In this document: one piece after another, positions 54,866 through 64,000 of the stretch
How positions within the stretch are numbered: the first letter of the stretch is position 1
Layout of the letters: the number at the start of each line of letters is the position of its first letter
Source: Nitrosopumilus sp.
GTDB lineage: Archaea > Thermoproteota > Nitrososphaeria > Nitrososphaerales > Nitrosopumilaceae
Length of the DNA: 64,000 nt
NCBI GenBank assembly: GCA_965224195.1
Contig: OZ245040.1
Span: 1,440,001 to 1,504,000 of the forward strand
Direction: 5' to 3'
Position numbers and translations under genes: made by a program
The notes under the pieces: generated by a model
The model's input: the letters and a program-made list of their open reading frames with translations, nothing else
What the model was told of the DNA's origin: nothing
Database searches by the model: none

Positions 54866-57800
54866 CTAACTCACAGTTATCGTTATATCGACTGGAGGAC
54901 TTAGCGCAGTTGGTTTATCAACTGACTCCCATGCAAATGCAGTAACAGAAAAGCTACCACTTTGTGGTGGAATCCATGATAGTGCCGGTGCAAATGATTG
55001 ACCAGGATTCAATGAACCTTTAAGCCATGCCAATGAAACGGTTACCCCGGTTTCATCTTGAATCTGTACCAAGTATGCAAATGCTTGCTCTCTGTCCTGA
55101 CCATTACTCAAATCAGCTGTTATCTCCACCTGTTGATCAACGGAGACAGCATCCAAGCTGTTTCCAAATGCATCAACTGTTCTCAAGTTAGTAATTGGTA
55201 CTCTCTCAAGAGGTGGTACTACAGTACCGATTAGGGTAGTGGCAGTGACATCAAGCTCGTCTGCAGTTGTGTACGGATTTGGAAGTGTATTGTCCCCATA
55301 TTCTGCGGTGACAGTGTCACCTTCTGCGACTCTGAGTCTGTGGCCGGATGATCCGTCGGTAATTGTGAAGAACACAGTACCTTCGAATATTCCAGTTGCC
55401 TCATTAGTCTCAGTTACAGTAAGGGCAATACCTCCAGAATCCGAATCAGAGTACACGTCAACGGTAAAGTTGTCGACTGATTCTGGATTTAAGTTCATGT
55501 CTGGGTCAATAATTCGCAAAACACCTGTTCCGCTAGCTGGATAGCTTGCCTCAAGCCATTGTACCTCACCAATATTCCATCTAATTAATGATGAACCGAT
55601 TACTGTTTCATCCTCTGAGTATTCAAAGGATACGGACAGTCCGTCATCATCAGCAGCAGGCAAGTATCCACTTGTTGGACCTGCTCCTCTAGCTTGGTTG
55701 GATATCACATCATTACCTGATGCATCACCAGTTGTACTGTCACCATCAGCATTGTGTGGAAATCCTGTTAGGATTACTTCACCTGTAAATATGCCTGTGT
55801 CAGCACCAGTCTCGACTAGCTTGTATTTGTCAAGATTAGATCCTCTGGTAGAGACCTTTATGGGGTCTGCATCAGTATTTCCAATCTCATCAATCAAGTC
55901 GCCATCGAAGTTATGATCTGGAGCTACTATGGTAATGTAGACTTTGTCAGTCCATGTGTAGACTTTTTGGTCAAGTTCTATCGTTGCGCCAAAGTTGGAT
56001 GTGAAGAGTTTGACATTTACGTCCTCATCTTCATGTCCTACATAATTGGCACCACTTGGACCCCAGTCAGTATACTCGAGTTCGATCTCTTCGCCTCGTT
56101 CAAGTCCAGCATCGTTTATAGATTCTGGAATCTCAATTACAATCTGGAAGATGCCTGTAGCATCACCTGTTTCTCTTAGATTAGATGGCTCAGGATCAAA
56201 GGCTGCAGGATCATCACCATGGTTACCCATGGTAGTGGTTGCTGCACTAGAGTCCCATTCAATCAAATCCAAGTTATATGTTTCTGCCTGGTCATTGTCC
56301 AGATCAAAGTCTGGTTCAATGAGGGTTAGAATCATATCTGAACCGATAATGTATACAGACTTGTCAGTTTGTAGTACACCGTTTCTAAGGTCAAATGTTG
56401 CGGAGTCAGTAATTGTGTTAGCGTCACCGGATGCATCAGTAGGATCATTGTACTCTACAGTAAGAATATCTCCTTGTAGGATACAATGTTTGTTACTTGT
56501 AGTAGCTTCTGTTCCATTATAGATATGCTCGACAGCCTTATCAGTACTGGTTGGACAAGAGTTATTCTCAGGTCCATCAGTGTATGCTATTTTCAAGTCC
56601 AGTTCAAAGATTCCACTGTCAGGTGAAGTCTCTGTGATTGGACCATATTCTTTTGTCTTTACTTCTTTTGTCTTTTCATCTCTTATAATTTCAGAGCCAC
56701 TAGTAATTTGACCACTGTTTGCATCTTTAGCACCGGCAGTTCCAAGCAGCATAGTTTCAGAGCCTCTAGTAACCATGACCTTTACAGGACCATATGGTTT
56801 ATCTACAGCGATTTTATCCTGACCACTTCCAGAGACATCGAAATCCGGATCATTTACTCTGACATGTATAGTCAGAATACCTGAATCCAAGTGACGTCCT
56901 TCATCTGTTACTGAATCGTCTTTGCCAATTCCAGTAGCATGTATTGGGAAGTATGATTTGGATAAATCGGATGGATCGGATATATATGGTTGACCAAATG
57001 GAACTGGGTAGACAGTTCTATCAAAGGATACAGAACCAGTAGTGGCTCTAATCCCTGCGCTGTCTCCAACTTCAATTGTTTCACCAGATTTATCTCTAAA
57101 GTCTTGATAGTTTACCTCCATGTCAAGTCCAGTTACACTTTCTGCACTATCCTTAGTAGGACAGTATTTGTCTGGAATTTGGAAGTTTGTGGTAAAGACA
57201 CCTGTGTCCTTTCCAGTCTCCTGCAAACTGCTAATTACATTACCAAGTCCATCAATGTCCTTGGTTATGTCATTCTTATCAGTTACAGAACATCTCTTCC
57301 AAGCCTTGTCATCAAAGGTTACATCTAATACCAAAGCTCTTTTGTTTCCTAGGAGGCCTATAGTATCAACTGCTTCTCTTCTGTCATCTTTTTTATCACT
57401 GCTTACAACAGTGTAAATATCAATGACATCACTATCAGTGTTCAAGTCTCTGTCTTCTAGCGTAATTGTAACGGTATCGGCTACTTTGTAGTTGTCACCA
57501 TCAAAGGAAACCACACCTGAATATGTCGGAGCATCAATCTGAGCTGATGTCTGGGTTTCAACACCCTGTCCATCTCTATCTAGATAAATTAGCTCTACTG
57601 CGTCTTCGTCTGTCATATCTTCAGCAACAATAATATCCAGATCGACACCAATGGTGTCAAGTCCAGTAAATGTTGATTCTTTGAAGATGTTGATTTGATT
57701 TAGCATTACATATTCTAGCGTACCGCTATAAATGCCTGTGTTTGTACCAGTCTCTTCTGCTTCTAATCTGTATATTGCATCGTTGTATCTTGTGCCGTCT

Positions 57801-60027
57801 TCAGCTTGGCCGAATTTGAAAAAGTCCAAAGCCACATTATACGTAGCATCAGTATTTCCAGATTCTAATCCGGTAGTAATTACTACTTGTATCTTGCCAG
57901 TCAATGATTTTAATTTATCATCTGAAAGAATTACAAGACCTGATGATGCATCTTTTGATGTATTATAAAGTACTTCAGCAGTTTCACCATCTGCAACTTT
58001 TTCTTGAACTATTACTTTAGAAGGTGATAGTGATTCAAAGTTGTAGTTGAGTAACTGATGAACTCCGTCCTTATTGACTGTGGCATTAAGAACCTTGAAA
58101 TCCAAATTAGTATCGATAGTTATTATTGGATTGTCAGATATTTCAATATTTCTCCTCTCAAGACTTAGTAATTTACTAAATTTTAGAGATTTATGATCTA
58201 TTGATACTTTGCCAGCAGATGTATCAGTTGGTACTAATAGTTCCTCCAACACTTTAATTCTTTTTTTGGACTCATCAAACTTTGCAAGTGCGTCGGTATC
58301 AGTACTATCTAATTTATCATTGACTGCTTTTGTGGCTTTTTCTAGCTCAAGTTTAGCATTGACAAGATTAGTGTTAGATTACCTACAAAACCACTTGATG
58401 CATCACCAGCTACAGCATTGTCACGCATTGTTTGGTTTGCTGTAACAAAGCCTTTCCATGGTTTGTTTGGGTGGCAGTTTCATCAGTTGTTTTGGCATTA
58501 ATTAAATTAATGGCGGCTTGTTTGAATCCACAAATTCTTGCAGTGTTGCTAATTCAGCTTCACTTTCAATTTTCAAATAGATACTTGCCGTTAAACTTTG
58601 ACAATCCAAACACCTGTAGTGATTTCAGCTAGAGTTTTTGGACTGCCAATTTCTACAGTTGGAATTCCGCCAAAGCTACTATCGCTTACATCAAAGTCGT
58701 CATCCTTCAAGGTGTTCTTGTTTTCATCTTGGTCTGTAATATTGACAGTCAAGGATTCGCCTGAACCCCAGTCTGATGCAATACTAGTCAGATCCATCTT
58801 GACAAGACCTTGGAAGAATTTTACGATAAAGTTGTTTGTTGTATCATTGTAGTCGATAGTAAAGTCAAGACCACGCAGTTTCTCATCGTCAGTTGTTTTC
58901 AAAACAGAGTCGTGTGCATTGTCAGTGCTGGAAAATACACCAGAGTTTGATGATGTCTCTTGTACTGTAACAATTGCTTTACCCACTAGGATATTTTCTG
59001 GAGATAAAGATGCTACGTTTTGATTACCATTGTTTTCAAACCCGATAATATCTTTATCACCAGAGTTTGGACTAGGATCAATAGTTAAGACATCCATTAT
59101 CTCCAAAATTAGCTTTTTCTTGTAGAGTAGGCCAATAATTAACCAAATTACTATCTGATGCAGTAGCAACACCACTTTCATCAAATACATAGTAATATGT
59201 TTCAGTACCGTCAGATAGTGAACGTCCAAGTATCTTCATCAGTTGGATCAATGTTTAATTGATTGTCACTGATGGTTAGATGAACATCTGCATCATGAGG
59301 ATAACTACTTCTATCTAAAGAGTAGCTAGCATCATCACCTATAGATTCACTATAGGTTAGACGGACTTCTTGGTTTGAACCTCCTGCGTTATAGACGACC
59401 TTGATTGTAGCATCGTCTGTAAAGTCAAAGAGTTTGGATGAATGGCCAATGATTAGCAGATTTTAAATCAGTATTACCGATTTGGTCATCTGTATTCCAT
59501 TTTGGTTTAGAGTTTTCAAGGCTTTTACAGGTATTCCATACATTAACTTCTGCTACTGTTGAACTAGTCACAGTCGATCCTCCAGATGACATAAACACTT
59601 TCACGAATCTATTTTAGTATTCAAAAATAGTGTCTGCACTTATATCAGTACATTCTTTACCAAAGTCTAAACTAGCTCCTTGTGCATCAACAGTATCAAC
59701 ACTGTCTTTATCAGCAACATATGCATACCAATAACCATCTGTGGCTTGGACCATTCTAAGGTCGTTGCCATCAAAAGTTACGTCAGGTTCAGCCTTATCT
59801 TCATCAGTTTGTGATAAATTAGGATCTCTAACTATAACTTCAAGAATCATTGGTCCGCCAAACTTGGTGGCAGATACGTATAGATTTGCAGTTTCGCCTG
59901 GTTGTGCGCTAACATCTGGCATGACACCAGGAATTGCGATGGTCATACCACCGGCAAGCATGATAGTCATGAGTGTTAGACTAGTTATTTTTCTTTTTGT
60001 TTGTTGTTTTATTAGATTGTCGTGCAA
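54866..60027 (-). CDS. Nitrosopumilus-type S-layer protein, 5' half broken by several frameshifts
   Basis: Signal KITSLTLMTIMLAGGMTIAIPG, MVQATDGYWYAY, repeated ETGxxTGIF Ig-like modules, C-terminal AWESVDKPTALSPP. Fragments at 59614-60027, 58591-59229 and 54866-58252. Confidence 0.85.
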
Positions 60028-60056
60028 GTTATTAGATCATATTTGATAAATATAAT

Positions 60057-60172
60057 ATATAAAGATAATGAACGACTGTTCCTTTGTGAGCATGCTGCTA
60101 GTCCAGCAGATGATATAAAGATAATGAACGACTGTTCCTTTGTGAGTATGCTGCTAGTCCAGCAGATGATAT
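60057..60172 (-). promoter_or_regulatory. 56-bp tandem duplication including the S-layer gene TATA-like box
   Basis: Two near-identical copies (one mismatch), each containing minus-strand CTTTATAT. Confidence 0.7.
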
Positions 60173-60237
60173 TATGATAACTGCTAAAACAAAACCAAGT
60201 AAGGATCTCAATGAATATTTTGAAATATTTAACGCCA

Positions 60238-63200
60238 TTATTTGTTTCTGTTTATTCTAGTATTGATTTTAGATTCCAATTTATCCAAAATAGTCTTTTT
60301 TTCATCCTCATTAAATCCTAATATCTGAAATACAGTATTATCCAATTTTGCCTTATCAAAATCATCTCTATAATCCAACCAAGCTTTAGACATTTTTGAT
60401 AAATCCCTGTCAGATAATTTATCAAAATTTGGGACTAGTGCAGTCTTATAATCATTAATTAGAAATTGTAAAGCTCCACCACCAGCAATATGTCCATTAA
60501 TTTCTAACAACAATGCAAAATATGAAGAAGAAAGATATGATAAGAAGGCATGAACATGATCAATCTTATTTGGTGTAAGATATGCAAAATTATCCCTAGC
60601 ACAAAAGGAGTTATTATTTTCATAGAATTTCATTTGATGATGTGCAAATCTAGCTAAGAAAATTGCGGGCTTGTCAGTAAGATCAAGTGAATACCACATC
60701 TTGCGATTTTTCACAGTAGACAGTTCAGATATTAAACAAGGCGTGTTATTTTTACCTCGTTTAGGAATAATTTTTGTCTTTTCGCCATATTCAATATACT
60801 TTAAGACATTTTTACCATTCTCACTTTTTACTAATTTACCTTTTGAATCATTAGCATTTAGTAGATATTCTGAAGCATCAGTATCAATCAACAATCCTTC
60901 GTGTATGTTGCCAGATAAAACAGGTTTTCTGTATTCTTTAGTAATTCCATATTTTTCGATAATATCTTTAGTTAAAACAAAAAAATCATTATAGCCCGTA
61001 GTCTTTCCTCTTTTAATAAATCCTAAATCTTGCATTTTTACCATCTCAATTTTTGGCATAAAATCAAATTCTGAAAAATGATTATTCCAGTTATCAGGGA
61101 TAAATTCCTTTTGTGGTTTTTTGTTGATATTAAAATTTTGGCTTTCAAACCCGCCCTTATTGACAGTTTTAAACAAAGCTTTATGATGTTTTGTTTGTGA
61201 TTTTCTTAATAGTATTATTGCAGCTGAAATATCTGCATCCTCAAATACATTAAAATTAATTTTTGTTATTTCCAAAATATCAGAATTATCTAAAAACAAC
61301 TTCTGAATGCCAAACCCATAACCAAAATGTAGCCAAGAATCACTGGAAATAAAACCAAGAATTCCATCTTTTTTTAACAAATTCAAAGCATGATAATGAA
61401 AATAACAGCTCAAATCAGATTTAGGATCAATAGTATATTTTTCAGGCAATATCAAAGTGTGATTATCCGGCAAGGTCATTTTTTCTTTATGATCTAGTAT
61501 TTCTTGTCTAACGTATGGCGGATTGCCAATTATAACATCAAAACCATTGTCCAGGTCAGGGTGTAATACTTCTGTAAAATTTGCATGCCATTCAAAAGCC
61601 ATGGAATCAATTTCTTTATCATCAATTACGCTATTACCTGCTTTGATTCTATCAGATAATCCTATTAGTTTTCTATTGTTTGAAGCGATTTTAAGAAATA
61701 TGCTTAACTGTGTAATTTCGACAGATTCAGAATTTAGATCGACCCCATAAATATTATTTTCAACGATAAATCTAATTTCTGATTCCTCATCAAAATTAGA
61801 AGTTATTTGCTTTTGTTCATTAGAATACACACACCACCACCCCCCCCCCCGATGGACTTTTTGAGTTGGATTTCTCGATTTATCTCCAATAATACATCAA
61901 TAGATTTAATCAAAAATGCCCCCGAACCGCATGCAGGATCTAAAATCTTAATTTCTTGAAATTTCTTTTCTAAAACCTCGATATTGTTTTCATACTCATC
62001 TATTAGTATAGAAATTTGATTAGTTCCAGTTTTTGACAAATAAGGAATTATTGTATTTCGGCAAATATAATCCGTAATATATTCAGGTGTATAATATACA
62101 CCCTCTTTTTTTCTCTTTGAATCAGTTTGATTTTTTAGCCCTTCCAAATCAGATATTGATTGCTCGAAAATATGCCCTAAAATATTAACGTTAACTTCGG
62201 TGTTAAAATCAAAAGAATCCATAATTAACAAATTTGAAATTATAGGATTTAGTGAATTATGTTTTTTAATAATATTTTCTGCCTTTTCAGATAATTTTGT
62301 TGATTTTAATAATTTGGAATTTTGTTTTACATCATCATAAAACTTTGAATCCATAAGATCATTAAAAAATATCTTATCAGGGATTACGCCATTAAACAAA
62401 CCGCCATTAAAACCAAAGACCCCTAAAATATCAGAACCCTTATCAAACGAAATAAACAATTCCTTTACATCGTCATAAATTTTCTTAGAATGTTCAGTCA
62501 ATTGCCCCTGATCTAAAATGTTTAAAATTCTATTTGTGAATAATTTTGAATTAGAAATAAATCCTCTATCTTCTACAAAAAATATGAAAATTAATCTATT
62601 AAGAATTAATTGTGTATAGTAAATAGCTTCATTATTTCCACAATTTCTGTTTTCTTGAAAAGACATCTTTAACATTAAACGCGTTTCATGGTATAGCTTG
62701 TAAAATTCCTTAGTGAATTCTTTTTCTTCATTGCTTGATTCAGCATATAGTTTTTTGATAAAGCCTTCTTCAATGATTCTATCTTTTGAGAAAATCGCGA
62801 TAAACTCTTTTAGTTTGTCTTCATTTTTTGATATTGAAATAAAATCAAATTTATGCTCTTTGGTATATCCTAACTCTTTTGTAATCAAAATAAATTCCTT
62901 GTAATTTGTGCAAATTCCATAATCAAGCCCCACACTTCCCATGTAATCCCATGTTTGCTTAATCGGTGTTTCATGTTCTTTTTTAAATCTATGCTGTATT
63001 GCATGAAGATCTTTAGTTCCAGTTCCTTTAACCTCAAAGCATAATATTTTTTTCCCGTCTTTATTTGAGAATTGAAAATCCATATTGTCAGTTTCAAAGT
63101 CTATCTCTTTTATCGGATAACCCAAAATGCCATCTAAAATTATAGACATGAATTTTGGATAATTGCTTTTTTCATCCTCAAGATTGTTATCTTCCAATAA

Positions 63201-63305
63201 TTTTAACCATTCCTTAGATGATTCTTTTTGTTTGTCAGAAATTTCTATATCTGAAATTAATCTATCAAGTGTCTTTTTATTGAAAAGCTGATTATATTGG
63301 GTCAT
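60238..63305 (-). CDS. Type IIG (Eco57I-like) fused restriction endonuclease-m6A methyltransferase, frameshifted at a G11 tract
   Basis: N-terminal D...EVK nuclease motif, GGLF, GVYYTP, ILDPACGSGAFL, IYGVDLN, IIGNPPY. Frame break at C11, 61840-61850. Confidence 0.88.
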
Positions 63306-63803
63306 TGAATTACTTTGGTATAGCAGTGTTGTTATAACTCTTATTTCAAATTTTTCAATTTAGAGAAAATTCATATCCCTTGACAAGCTAGCAGAACCTG
63401 ATATGCAATAATGTTATTGCCAAAAATTATTTTTAAAAGGCGATGATGAGCCGCATGCTTTTTGATTTTAAACAACAAAACTAGGCTATTTTTTTAGTAA
63501 AAAATTTTACTCTGTAATTAAGACATCATCTCTCGTCTGTTCTGAGCATTTTACCAGTAGTGCAGAATGCAATAGAGGAATCATCATTACTTGGATCATT
63601 CAGAGCCAGGGGACAAGGGAATAGAGAACTGATGCATATAGTAATATAATGACCAATATAATGAACCAATCATTAGCCAAACTCATGGGCCGCAATCATA
63701 TAATTTTGTGTTTGTGTCTTCATGTTCCAATCCCGATTGCGGCCCCATCAAAGCATTAAAAATAAATCAACCTGGCATAAGGTCAACTTTTAATCAAGTA
63801 TTG

Positions 63804-64000
63804 CTAGATTCTCTTTACGACTTGAACCGTCTGCAGTTGTCTTCTGTTTTTCGTGTTGCGCGGCCTTGTCCTTAGCACAAAATTACAGCATGGACAGTGC
63901 CTGCCTTCCCAGTACATGAAAACCCCGCATATGGAGCACATCTTTTGTCCCTGGATGTAGCGGTTAATGCCATGAACTCTTTTTGCCTTGTGTCGAGTAC
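63804..64000 (-). CDS. Thaumarchaeal small Zn-finger protein, 5' end outside window
   Basis: RYIQGQKMCSICGVFMYWEGRHCPCCNFVLRTRPRN. Confidence 0.75.
   Translation of the reverse strand, partial: TRHKAKRVHGINRYIQGQKMCSICGVFMYWEGRHCPCCNFVLRTRPRNTKNRRQLQTVQVVKRI

Noticed and set aside
55239-58852. + strand Ser/Val-rich ORFs
   Set aside because: Antisense shadows of the S-layer gene.

Overview
AT-rich chromosomal segment of a Nitrosopumilus-like ammonia-oxidising archaeon (Nitrososphaerota). The assignment rests on the 16S-23S operon without an ITS tRNA and on Nitrosopumilus-type genes. Core genes (ychF, birA, tfb, phaEC cluster, msrA, rRNA operon, hemL) are interrupted by two accessory regions. 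(1) A ~22.1 kb insertion (4703-26811) carries a complete type I-B CRISPR-Cas locus with a ~132-repeat array. It splits a small host gene and is bounded by a 9-bp direct repeat (TTTCAGGAA). Inside it, an IS6-family unit (7920-10279, 8-bp target duplication CATGATAA) sits between cas8 and a Cas11-like ORF. This IS carries a canonical box C/D sRNA just upstream of its transposase, plus a putative RelBE-like toxin-antitoxin cassette between two copies of one terminal inverted repeat. (2) A variable region (~49-64 kb) holds a DprA+PRTase (ShosTA-like) pair, a gene broken by a spacer-sized insert with a repeat-sized duplication, a QRPEVKE-repeat protein resembling the peptide encoded by one spacer, a fragmented S-layer gene with a duplicated promoter, and a type IIG R-M gene frameshifted at a G11 tract. 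All calls come from reading the sequence by eye; no database searches were run.
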